The notes below the pieces were generated by a model. That model had not been told where the DNA came from. It was given only the letters and a program-made list of their open reading frames with translations, and did no database searches. This document shows positions 48,049-58,250 of a stretch of 64,000 nt of DNA, piece by piece. Source of the DNA: Cladosporium halotolerans (Eukaryota); contig NW_027191458.1 in assembly GCF_011745625.1 (NCBI RefSeq), forward strand, positions 310,001 to 374,000, read 5' to 3'. Position 1 is the first letter of the stretch. Every line of letters begins with the position of its first letter. A program made the translations under genes and the position numbers.

Positions 48049-48591
48049 TCACACGCTCGCATCACTTTTAATGACCTGGTACATGGCCACCGGAAACCCC
48101 AACGCCGCCCAAGAAAGACCAAGTAATCGCGATATCCTAGGCATCAATCCCGCGTCGCTCAACGGTGCCGAGACCGCCAGCTTAGAGGCCGTCCATTGCG
48201 TGTCGGCAATTCTCGCGCCTTTGAGGTAGTAGGTTTGGCTGAAGCTGTACTCGCTGTCGAGGGGTATTCGGCCGCCCAGACTTTCGCGCATCATGTTGTC
48301 GAAATCTGACCATGCCTCGGCGCACTCAAGTTCTGCGAAGATTCGTGTGGAGTTGCGGAGCTTGTCCGCTGCGTTCATGTGAGGATTGTTCTCGATGTCT
48401 CGGAGTTGTGAGAATAGATGTTCTGATCGGGAGGTGGCGTTGCGCGGTTGCTGGATTCCATGCCGTGTTGAGTTGTGTCGATTGGTCTGCACTGGTGAGC
48501 CAAGGATGGTGCGTCGATGTGCCGATATAATCCGGCAATTGGACGCGACCACAGAAGCAGCTCTGGTGGGATTTGATCTGGAAGTCAACAT
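48049..48591 (-). CDS. Possible orphan protein, ~180 aa
   Basis: ATG at 48591; Arg/Ser/Thr-rich, acid-free first ~45 aa and a hydrophobic C-terminal stretch. No known motif. Confidence 0.4.
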   Translation of the reverse strand: MLTSRSNPTRAASVVASNCRIISAHRRTILGSPVQTNRHNSTRHGIQQPRNATSRSEHLFSQLRDIENNPHMNAADKLRNSTRIFAELECAEAWSDFDNMMRESLGGRIPLDSEYSFSQTYYLKGARIADTQWTASKLAVSAPLSDAGLMPRISRLLGLSWAALGFPVAMYQVIKSDASV

Positions 48592-49350
48592 GGTGAAGGT
48601 GCCCGGTGATGTTCTGCCGGTCACGGTGAGTCGGCTATTGCGCTGGCGATACAGCTTCGAGAATGAATGTGGCGCACGGAGAAACGCGTGGTCGGGTAGA
48701 GACTGGTTCCACGAAGCGCCGCAGGGTCTACAAACGAAGACCTCGATGCTGCTAGGCGGAATCGGTGTGAGGAGAAACAGAGTTGGGTGTACCGAGGGCT
48801 AAGTTGTCCCGCATGCTGTACCTTGTCGGCTATATGCAAGATAAGGGTCCTGCCGCCCTGCCATTACCCAACAGGGCAGCCTGCCTCATTGCTGCTTCTT
48901 GCATAATAAGTCACACGCGTTATGCCTGGAATCATAGACGTCATGTCAGGGTCAGCTGTTACTTGTCACATCGCACGTGAATGGAGGAGAATGTGATCAA
49001 TTCACAATCGCACTCATGTGCGTGCATGTGTCCCCTGATGCCTGCCTTGAGGTCACGAAACAGGTGGCCGAAGCGTCAACGGCTCGCGCCGACGCCCGCT
49101 CTCCGAACCGGGAATCTGGGGTTCGAGAGATTCTCGATTGATCACTTTTGCCCATGTGAAACTCTTACATTCGCCGTTTGTCAAACACACGCTCGTTTCA
49201 CCCCGCCAGCTTTTTCTTCTGCATAGCGACATACTTGCATATTGACTTCTCTATTGATCGTGGCAAATTTCTCAGCACTCCTTGATTAGCACGCATTTAT
49301 CGGCGGGCTTCGCCTTGTGTTTCACGCAGCGTCACAGTGAAGATAATAAA

Positions 49351-52300
49351 ATGGCCAAACGCAAGCGTGGCCAGCCTTTAGTTTCGGGAGATGCTACACA
49401 AACGCCATCGCAACCCGATTCGAAAAAGCAAAAGACTGACGGCAAATCTCTTGGAACACCAAAACCGATCAAAGTGAAGGATGGTTCCAATCCACTTGAT
49501 AGAGCGCCGAAAGTCAAGAACCAAAGGCAGAAGGCTCAGCTTCGGCCGGAAGCTTCTCAAACAGAGGCGCAGTCACAAGTCAGTAGATCTGCCTTGAAGC
49601 GGAAACGGCAGAGGCAGAAAGTCCGCAAAGAGAGCAAGAACCCATCTGCCAGCAACGAACCAAAGGCGAAGCGTGAAGAATCCAAATCCGAGGCGCTCGG
49701 AAGGACGAATGAGAAACCACATCCTCTCGCGCCATTGTCTCAGCCGCCACCTTCAAAAAGCAAAATTAAACAGCCCAAAACACAGACTATTATTCCGACA
49801 GTGCCGCCACCCAAGGCGAAGCGTCAACCTTTAGACGACAAGAGCACCAAAGACTCGCCAGCTGTTACTTCGTTCACTCAAGTTTCGAGCGAGCTACCAA
49901 AAGAAGCGGAGAGTAAGCTTTCGAAACGGCAACGGCGCAGACAGAAGTTGAAAGCTGCGAAACACAGCGAGTCTGCCAACTTTGGCCATAGCAAAGGGCA
50001 ATCGGCTGAGGCTGCTGTTCAAGACGCTTCAATTTCCGCTCCTGCGAATCCATTCAAACCTTCCAGTGATGTAAAGGAAAGGGATCCCATCAATGCATCG
50101 TTATTGCAACGGACGACGCAAACGAACCTGCTTCCGCGACCGACGAAACATTGGGTACATGATGCTGAATCTGATGTTGAGCAGCCGTCAATTAGGGAAG
50201 TGGCTCAAACCAATCTCCTGGCAAGGCCACATAAGGAGTGGCTACAGCAGGATGAGCTTGACATTCCCGATACTGGAAATGATATGAGCCAGGCCGAGGT
50301 TCCAGAGCACCAAAGCGAGGCCCAGGCTCCATCAAAACACGTACAAACCAACAATGGATCTGTCGCCTCTCCTCCGCAAAATGAGCGCAAGGTCAGCTCG
50401 CCACGTCCAAATTCCCAGCACGCAGCACCCTCCTCGCCGGAACAGTCAGACTCAGAGTGTTCAAGCGAAGCGGAGACTTCCGCGAAATTAAGCGTCTCTA
50501 CAAAGCCCACGCAACAGACTACGAAGCCAGTCGTAAAGACAGTCACATCGCTTTCATTCCCGATGACACCACAGCCCGCTAGCGTTCCCTCGAACCAGAA
50601 GCGCGCATCAGGCCTCAGCGGTCTCCGAATGGACACGGGCTCTTTTGGGGGCTCTGTCAAACCCATGAGTGCATTGAAGGCTACCAGTGTGCCGTCATAC
50701 TCGAGCAGAGGTGATGCTAAAGCTGCCTTTGCACGTTTCAATAATTTCGCGCACAATCGGGATGAATCCGATAGCGACGAAGGTAGCGAGAGTAGTGATG
50801 ACAGCAGCGATAGCGAGAGCGAACGTGAGGCAGAAGTGAAGAATGCCGAAGTCCAGAAATCCTCTGCCAAGTGTGATGCAAGTCCCACGGGGAAAAGCCG
50901 CCCTCATATGAGTTCTCAGGACATGCCTGAAGAAGATGGCAAAGGGAAGTTTGAACAAGAAAGAAAGAACGAGCATGACGGGGCGCTTGCGCAAGACCAT
51001 GTAACAGAAACTTCGTCCGAGGAGAATGAGAGCGAGGTCGACGATGAGCAAGCTGTGGAGGAGGGCAACCACGATATTACAACGCAGCGGCCTGAACCAC
51101 CCCTGGTCGAAAGCAGCCAGGCTCCCACCAACGAAAGCTCCGATCACCCAGGTATCATACATGAAAGTCGTTCGAACGGAGCTGCTCAGCCAGGATCGCG
51201 AATGGAACGCGCCAGCGACCTCCCATTGTTTAGTGACTTTTATACCAGGGATCCGAACCAACCCGCCAATACCAACCTTCCAAACTCGAGCTCTTTTTTA
51301 GGCGCAGGTCTTGGTGGCGATCCCTCTGGACATGGCCAGAGCGATGATCACTCTGCGGGCACGAAGGCTCGGCCTTTCTCATCACAACTTGCCAGCGGCG
51401 AGCTCACCTCGACACAAGATACAGACGATCTGTACCGATCGATTGAAGATGTGTCTCGCGAGGTCTTTGGATCCACACGCGCACTGCCTGACTGTAAGCT
51501 ACCACAAAATCTCATGGACGTCATAACAGAGCACCCTGTAACGGAATCTCTCAGCAATCATGGTTTAAAGAAGACATTGACTGGCGATAGGACGCCGGAC
51601 AAGGCCATACCTCTCAGCTATGTCCCGCGCGGATCTTCACCAATGGTGTGGATAGTGAATGATATTGAAGTTGGAAGCGATAGAGCACCAGACAATGCCA
51701 TCGAGACTGCCAACGAGGAGAGCGAGCAAGAAGCTGAGCGGCCATTGTTGCATTTGCCGGGGAATTCGAAGACGAGACGTTACAGCAGTCCGCTCAGCAG
51801 CGTAAGCTCACTGACCCCATCGCCACCACCGCTTGACGATTTGGGCCGACTGGCACATGTAATCGAAGGCAACAAAGACGAGCACGTCGATGAGCATACT
51901 AGTCAGACCATCGAAGACGGCAGATATGCCGAATCCTCCGAAGAGAAGAAGCGCAGGATGACAGGTACTACCAGCAAGCACTTCTCCCCACAAAAGTCAC
52001 TACCCAAGCAAGAAGCCAAAGAGCCAGCACCCTCCCAAGAAGACTCATCCCCACTCAGCTCTCCCACCCCCTCACCCCCACCCCCCAAACCCAAAAGAAA
52101 ACAAACCGGCAAAACAAGCACCTTCTTCTCCCCCTCCCCGACCAAACCCCTCCCCCGCCCCCCAAAAGGCACATCCACCTCCCCCGTCCCCCCCATCACC
52201 GCGCCCCACTTCGGCCTCATCCAAGAAAAACTCGCCCACGAGCCCTTCTGGCTCCTCATCGCCGTCACCTTCCTCAACAAAACCGCCGGCCGCTCCGCAG

Positions 52301-53049
52301 CGCCCATCTTCTGGTCCCTCAAAGCCCTCTACCCGACGCCCCTCGCTCTCTCGCAAGCCAGCGAAGCAGACCTCGTGGAGATGATCGCCTCGCTGGGCTT
52401 GCAGAACCAGCGCGCGAAGCGGCTCGTCGCGATCGCGAGGGCGTGGTTCGCGGGTCCGCCGGTGAGGGGCGTGCGGTATCGGACGCTGCATTATCCTGCT
52501 AAGGGCGATGGGAAGGGGATCAAGAGGGACGAGCTTCTGGAGCAGGATGAGCAGAGTTGTGCCGGCGCGCTGGAGATCGGGCATATCCCCGGCTGTGGGC
52601 CGTACGCGTGGGACAGCTGGCGAATTTTCTGCCGGGATGTTGTGCGTGGGGTTGCGGAGGACTATAATGGCAAGGGAGCGGTGGAGGGGGCCGAGTTCGA
52701 GCCGGAGTGGAAGAGGGTTCTGCCGCTGGATAAGGAGCTCAGGGCTTGTTTGAGGTGGATGTGGTTGAGGGAGGGGTGGGTTTGGGACCCGGTGGGTGGG
52801 GGAAGGAGGGAGGCGACGGCGGAGGAGATGGAGGGTGCGAAGAGGGGGAGGATGGGGTTTGGGGATGAGGGGGAGGAGAAGTTTGCGAGGAAGGCTGCTG
52901 GGAAGGGAGATGGAGAAGATGAGGCTGGCGAGGTGGCGCCGGCAAAGAAGTCGCGGAGGAGATCGATTTCACGGCGAGGAATCGACGTTGAGAGTGAATA
53001 TGAAGAGGAACCTGCTCGCAAACGTTCGCGGAGGTCGAAGGTTGGATAG
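49351..53049 (+). CDS. MBD4-like HhH-GPD DNA glycosylase with a ~950-aa low-complexity N-terminal region
   Basis: C-terminal FGLIQEKLAHEPFWLLIAVTFLNKT, LGLQNQRA, HhH motif IPGCGPYAWDSWRIFC and WKRVLPLDKEL (catalytic Asp position); several NLS-like basic clusters. Confidence 0.9.
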   Translation: MAKRKRGQPLVSGDATQTPSQPDSKKQKTDGKSLGTPKPIKVKDGSNPLDRAPKVKNQRQKAQLRPEASQTEAQSQVSRSALKRKRQRQKVRKESKNPSASNEPKAKREESKSEALGRTNEKPHPLAPLSQPPPSKSKIKQPKTQTIIPTVPPPKAKRQPLDDKSTKDSPAVTSFTQVSSELPKEAESKLSKRQRRRQKLKAAKHSESANFGHSKGQSAEAAVQDASISAPANPFKPSSDVKERDPINASLLQRTTQTNLLPRPTKHWVHDAESDVEQPSIREVAQTNLLARPHKEWLQQDELDIPDTGNDMSQAEVPEHQSEAQAPSKHVQTNNGSVASPPQNERKVSSPRPNSQHAAPSSPEQSDSECSSEAETSAKLSVSTKPTQQTTKPVVKTVTSLSFPMTPQPASVPSNQKRASGLSGLRMDTGSFGGSVKPMSALKATSVPSYSSRGDAKAAFARFNNFAHNRDESDSDEGSESSDDSSDSESEREAEVKNAEVQKSSAKCDASPTGKSRPHMSSQDMPEEDGKGKFEQERKNEHDGALAQDHVTETSSEENESEVDDEQAVEEGNHDITTQRPEPPLVESSQAPTNESSDHPGIIHESRSNGAAQPGSRMERASDLPLFSDFYTRDPNQPANTNLPNSSSFLGAGLGGDPSGHGQSDDHSAGTKARPFSSQLASGELTSTQDTDDLYRSIEDVSREVFGSTRALPDCKLPQNLMDVITEHPVTESLSNHGLKKTLTGDRTPDKAIPLSYVPRGSSPMVWIVNDIEVGSDRAPDNAIETANEESEQEAERPLLHLPGNSKTRRYSSPLSSVSSLTPSPPPLDDLGRLAHVIEGNKDEHVDEHTSQTIEDGRYAESSEEKKRRMTGTTSKHFSPQKSLPKQEAKEPAPSQEDSSPLSSPTPSPPPPKPKRKQTGKTSTFFSPSPTKPLPRPPKGTSTSPVPPITAPHFGLIQEKLAHEPFWLLIAVTFLNKTAGRSAAPIFWSLKALYPTPLALSQASEADLVEMIASLGLQNQRAKRLVAIARAWFAGPPVRGVRYRTLHYPAKGDGKGIKRDELLEQDEQSCAGALEIGHIPGCGPYAWDSWRIFCRDVVRGVAEDYNGKGAVEGAEFEPEWKRVLPLDKELRACLRWMWLREGWVWDPVGGGRREATAEEMEGAKRGRMGFGDEGEEKFARKAAGKGDGEDEAGEVAPAKKSRRRSISRRGIDVESEYEEEPARKRSRRSKVG

Positions 53050-53282
53050 GTCACCCAATATCATAATGTAATAGTACCATGTAACAGCACATATGATATC
53101 GGATTCACGCCAATGAAATATCACAGACAGTGACGAAGATTATCCAGCATTTTCATCCGGCCTCTACGCCGTTTCCCGCTGGATGCTTCATTGTATAGTA
53201 TACATAAGCCAGCCTCCTCTCGGCCAACAGATCATAACTGGTGCTCTCCCATCGTAGAATCTTTCCACAATTCGTTCACCGC

Positions 53283-54156
53283 TTACACGGTCTGCGTGCC
53301 ATATCCGCGAATCTGCTCCGCAAACGCCCAGCTCTGGTTCTCCAGCTTCTCATCCTCCTTCAAGTCCACGCCCTTGCCGTCAATCACCGCGATCGAGTAG
53401 ACCGGCATACTCCTCGCATCGCGGTAGAACAGCACCTTCATGCACTCCTTGATACACTCCACCGCCTGCTCCTTGCTCAGCTCACGGCTAGCCGCCTCAT
53501 TCGGCACCGCGCGCCGCATGATCGGCTGCGCCAGGTGGGCACCGAAGCCCGTCGCCAAGCTGGGGCTGGAGTACGTCGTGCCGAGCAGATCCGCGTACGC
53601 CAGGAAGGGCTTGTCGCTCTCGTCGAGGCCGGCGACCAGCATCGCGTTCCACAGCGGGTTGAAGTCGCTGCGCCGCTTGTACATGACCTTGCTGAGGTAG
53701 GCGTGCAGGTTCTTGGCGGACATGTGCGGGCCAGACTCGGCGGGCGCGTCGCCGCCGTAGTTCTCCTCGACGTCGAGCGAGTTCAGCAGGCGGTCCAGGT
53801 ACTGCATGTCGGAGACGTCGCCGCCGAAGCCCACGACGGCTTTGCGGTTGAACTGCTTCAGGCGCTTGACGTCGGTGAAGCGCGCGAGCGAGCCGTAGGA
53901 GGCGAGGTTGTCGGCGGCGATGACGACGCCGTCTTTGTATTTGATTGCTAGCACGGAGGTACCGGTTACGATGGGCGACTGGGTGTGCGTGATCGGGTTG
54001 GCTTGGGTGCCGCCGTGGGATTGGGGGAGGTAGGAGGGGTTGTATGCGCCGTAGACATCATCTCTGGGCTGGAGAGGAGGTTAGCGATGTATTGTTGTAA
54101 CGGTTGGATGTACGTGGGTAGCCTACCCTGCCCCAGCCGACGGGGAAGTGGTTCAT
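53283..54156 (-). CDS. PRE4: 20S proteasome subunit beta-7; exons 54127-54156, 53283-54068
   Basis: MNHFPVGWGR|PRDDVYG propeptide, TQSPIVTGTSVL, AADNLASYGSLARF, NPLWN, ATGFGAHLAQP, YRDARS and the GYGTQTV end. Confidence 0.98.
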
Positions 54157-54698
54157 GTTTGCGGTATGGAGTAAAGTGGCGGAGAGGTGGGCGCCGATGC
54201 GATAGTCTGGATGTGTTCGGCAGGTATGCGAGGTCAAATGCTGGTGCAAGAGTCGATGGGTGGGTTTGGGCAGGTGTTGTTGGTATAGCGTGGATTGGTG
54301 ATGGGTGCAGTGGTGGTGACCGTAGCTGGCTGCTGGCTCTAGGCCGACCACTGACTGACGCGTGAAGCTGTCGGGCAAGCCTCCGACGGCTGCTCCCGTC
54401 CAGACATCAGTTGTCACATGCTGACTCGTTGTTTCTGTTGTCTACGCCACCAACAGAAACATATCTTTTTAACTATTCGATGCACGTGTGAGGATGAAAA
54501 CAATCTATCGATCGTTACAATCACAAATAGCGACTCTTACCCTCGCCGACCGAGAATATGCATAGAATTCCTCACAAATGGGGAGAATCGACGTCATTCG
54601 ACTTGACATCACCATGAACGAGTGATCGATCCATCATGATGCTTTCCGCCCACCAATGTAAATAACAAAATAAAAGCCCCTCCTCCCTCTATGCTACA

Positions 54699-55925
54699 AT
54701 GCCAGATTCCAGACTCGAAGCCTTCCTCGCTGGCGAAAAAGCACTCTCCTCCAAACCACCACCTCAAGAATCCTCCTCCACCATGGCTCCCCTAACCAAC
54801 ACCCAAGTCCCCCTCGCCTTCGCCTCCTGCTCCATCGGCTGCAAACCCTCGCACACGCTGCCCAAAAAACTCCAAGCCATCGCCTCCGCCGGCTTCACCG
54901 CCATCGAGCTCTCGATGCCCGACATCGTCGCCTTCGCCAACCTGCACCTCCGCCCGCACAAGCAAGGCGACACGGCCTCGGACTCCTTCGGGCCCCGCGA
55001 CTACGACGACCTCGCCGAAGCAGCCAAAGTCATCAAAACCCAATGCGACGCGCAGGGCCTCAAGATCCTCATCCTGCAGCCCTTCGCGAACTTCGAGGGC
55101 TGGCCGGCCGACTCGCCGGAGCGCAAGGACGCTTTCGAGCGCCTGGCGGGCTGGATGCGCATCATGGAGGCGGCGGGCACGGACATGCTGCAGGTGGGCT
55201 CGTCGGACTCGCCGGCGGAGAAGATCGGGACGGACCGCGAGCGGTTCGTGAGCGATTTGAGAGAGCTCGCGGACCGGTTGGCCACCAAGGGGTTCCGGTG
55301 CGCGTACGAGAACTGGTGCTGGTCGACGCACGCGCCGGACTGGAAGGACGTGTGGGATATTTGTCAGAAGGTCGACAGGGAGAATTTCGGGCTGTGCTTG
55401 GACACCTTCCAGTATGCGTCTATCCCCCCTCCCCCCCCCACATGAATCCAAACCAAACCCAAACTAACACCACCCCCTCCCAGATCCGCCGGCGGCGAAT
55501 ACGCCGACCCCACGACGCCCTCGGGCCTCCTCTCCGACGGCCGCGACGCCTCCCAGCTCCAAGCCGACTGGCGCGCCTCCTGCCAAACCCTCGCGTCCAG
55601 CATCCCCGCCTCGAAAATCTTCTTCCTGCAAATCTCCGACGCCTACCGCATGGACCCGCCGCTGGAAGACAAAGCCGACTCGAATGGGATGCGGCCGCGC
55701 GCGCGCTGGAGTTCGGCGTACCGCCCCGTGCCCTACCAGGGGTACTTGCCGTGCGCGGACTTTGCGCGCGCGGTGCTGCAGACGGGGTTCCGGGGGTATT
55801 TTAGCTACGAGGTGTTTGATCAGGGGCCGGATGGGAAGGGGAAGGACTACGAGATGGGGGAGTTTGCGAGGGAGGCGATGGGGACGCAGGAGAGGTTGTT
55901 GAGGGAGTGTGAGGAGGGGTCTTGA
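54699..55925 (+). CDS. Xylose-isomerase-like TIM barrel, 3-dehydroshikimate dehydratase (QutC/Qa-4)-like; exons 54699-55411, 55484-55925
   Basis: LQPFANFEGW, LQVGSSD, AYENWCWSTH, NFGLCLDTFQ|SAGGEYADP, FFLQISDA and FSYEVF. Start could instead be 54783; the substrate is not certain. Confidence 0.85.
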
Positions 55926-56132
55926 GTGGGGTGGAGGGATGTTATGACATGGAATGAAACGATATGATACGTGAAACGACATGATTTGGTGGGTGGATAG
56001 AGGGCCAGCAATGAAGTCTTACGTGGCCAGAAGTGCTCTAAAATGTATTTTGCATTGTGTATGGCTCGTTTATCGCGGATGACTTGCGTGGCTCTCTCCC
56101 CCTTTTTGTCCGTCTTGATCTAGGTATCGTCT

Positions 56133-58250
56133 TCACTCCGCCTCCCCCTCCTCCATCCTCCGCAGCAAATTCTCAATCTTCCTCCTCTCAAACGGGAACC
56201 AAACGGGGTACAAAAACGGCCTCAGATCGTACCGATTGTCGTCCGGCGTGTAACTCTCCAAGTACAAGCCCGGCGTCATCGTCGTCATCTTATGCCTATT
56301 GATCGCGTAAAACTTCATGAAATCCGCGACCTTCTGATAAACCTGCCGCGGGCGCATGTGGTCGCTCCAGTCGACAGCCAGCCGCTCGAACATGCCGACC
56401 ATGCCCAGTTTAAACGTTTTGCGCAGGCGGCCGAGCGTCGAGAGCTCGTCGTAGGTGAAGCCCATGTCGGCTTCGTCGGACTGGACGTAGGAGGCGGTGA
56501 TGGGCTCGAGTTCGGCGGTCGGGACGGCGGTGATGAAGGAGTGCAGGATGGGGAGGGCGAAGTGGGTTTCGGCCCAGGCGATGAAGGACTTCAAGTCGGT
56601 TTTTGAGATGCCGCCGATGGGGTTGATGTCGGCGGAGGAGCAGTCGTATTTGGTCAGGTAGCCGCGCAGGCACTCGTCGACATTGGCGGAGCCGAGGACG
56701 AGGAGGTTGCCGGCGCTGCCGCGGGAGGAGGGGAGGAGCTGGGCGAGGCCGTAGGCGAGGACCATGCGGGAGCGGGATTGGAAGTTTTGGAGGGCGAGGT
56801 TTTCGGTGGGCTGGCCGCCGTCGGTTTTGAATTTGGGTTGGAAAGAGAGGGTGGAGGAGACGACTTCGAAGAGGGCGTTGAACATTGGGTCGATGTTGGT
56901 GTCGACGTGGTGGGCGCCGATGGCGGATGCGAGGTCGCGGGCGCGGTCGCGGGTTTCTTTGGACGATTGCTTTTGCATGCCCATGTAGACGGTTGTGAAG
57001 ATGTGGTTGCAGAATTGCTGAGGAGTTAGCTGGGAGACGTCTTCGGTGCCGCCGCAGAGGCGTTTGGCGTCGGTGATGACTGCCTCGTTGCCCTCTTTGA
57101 TTTCTTTGATGACCAGGCGACACATGCTGAAGACGATGGTTGCGGTCGCGCAACTGTCGATGCCGCCGCTGAGCGGGACGAGATAGCCAGCTGTCCTGCT
57201 TCGACGAAGGTAGTCCCACAGCCAACATGCCGGACCCAAAGCGATTTCTTCTTCGGGGACATGGTAGAATGGGTTGATAGCTGGAGAGAGTCGTTGGCGC
57301 GGATCAAGCGCTTTCGCAGATTTGCAGAGCTTGTAGTCAACTTGTATCCGCTCGAGCTTGTGAACATTCGGATCGTTCGCCTGCATGCCACGACTACGTG
57401 AAGTCCTCCATGCCCAGATCTCGTCCAAGTCTACGGTGGCGGTCTGCACCTCCACATCGCGGAGGGAGAACTGCGAGCCTTGAGCAAGCACATGGCCGGA
57501 GTTGAGGATGAGCGAGCAGCCGTCGTAGTACAGACGATCACCATCACAACCTCTCTGGTTGGAGTACATGTAAACACCGCCAGTCTTGGCAGTGGCTTCT
57601 TTGATCAGGTTGATGCGGGTGTCAAGCTTACGCAGCTCATGGTGACTACCACTGGAGTTCATGACAATCTCGATACCAGCCAGACTGTAGAGAGAGTGCG
57701 GTGAGTTTGGCGTCCAGAGCTCCTCACACGTCTCGGACGCAAACGATCCATCAAGGGCTTCGAAGGCGACTTCACCGATACGGCAGCGTTTCTGCTTAGC
57801 CGCAAGGTCCTGGATTACAGGAGGCAAAGCATAGTCGTCCACCCTTCCTCGAGGCCACGGGGTGAAGTACCTCATCTCCCTGAAGTTGCCATCGTTGCAG
57901 AGATCCAACTTGGGTCTGATGGCCAGCACCTCGCCGTTGAGAGCGATGAGTCTTGCATTGTAGCTGCATCCTCGGTGCTGGATGGGCAGACCAAGGTCGA
58001 CGATGATGTCCTGACACTCCGGACGCGAAATGATGTCCGCGGCGACGTCCCAGGAGTTGGCGTACACATCGTTCTCCAGCCAGTGGTCCAGCAGGCCATA
58101 CCCAGGGATGCAGAGCTCGGGCGTGAGGATGATTGAAGCGCCCTTGGCCTTGGCTTGGGTGATTGCTTCGACAATGCGGTCCCTGTTTCCGTCGTAGTCG
58201 AGCACCCACTGGTTCAGCTGGGAGGTGGCCAGCACGCACTTTCGAGTCAT
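56133..58250 (-). CDS. QNS1: Glutamine-dependent NAD+ synthetase, intronless
   Basis: Nitrilase-type glutaminase domain (PEL, RPK, ETCEELW triad) plus synthetase domain (PLSGGIDS, ALQNFQSRSRM, GYLTKYDCSSADINPIG, PTAELEP). Confidence 0.97.
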   Translation of the reverse strand: MTRKCVLATSQLNQWVLDYDGNRDRIVEAITQAKAKGASIILTPELCIPGYGLLDHWLENDVYANSWDVAADIISRPECQDIIVDLGLPIQHRGCSYNARLIALNGEVLAIRPKLDLCNDGNFREMRYFTPWPRGRVDDYALPPVIQDLAAKQKRCRIGEVAFEALDGSFASETCEELWTPNSPHSLYSLAGIEIVMNSSGSHHELRKLDTRINLIKEATAKTGGVYMYSNQRGCDGDRLYYDGCSLILNSGHVLAQGSQFSLRDVEVQTATVDLDEIWAWRTSRSRGMQANDPNVHKLERIQVDYKLCKSAKALDPRQRLSPAINPFYHVPEEEIALGPACWLWDYLRRSRTAGYLVPLSGGIDSCATATIVFSMCRLVIKEIKEGNEAVITDAKRLCGGTEDVSQLTPQQFCNHIFTTVYMGMQKQSSKETRDRARDLASAIGAHHVDTNIDPMFNALFEVVSSTLSFQPKFKTDGGQPTENLALQNFQSRSRMVLAYGLAQLLPSSRGSAGNLLVLGSANVDECLRGYLTKYDCSSADINPIGGISKTDLKSFIAWAETHFALPILHSFITAVPTAELEPITASYVQSDEADMGFTYDELSTLGRLRKTFKLGMVGMFERLAVDWSDHMRPRQVYQKVADFMKFYAINRHKMTTMTPGLYLESYTPDDNRYDLRPFLYPVWFPFERRKIENLLRRMEEGEAE

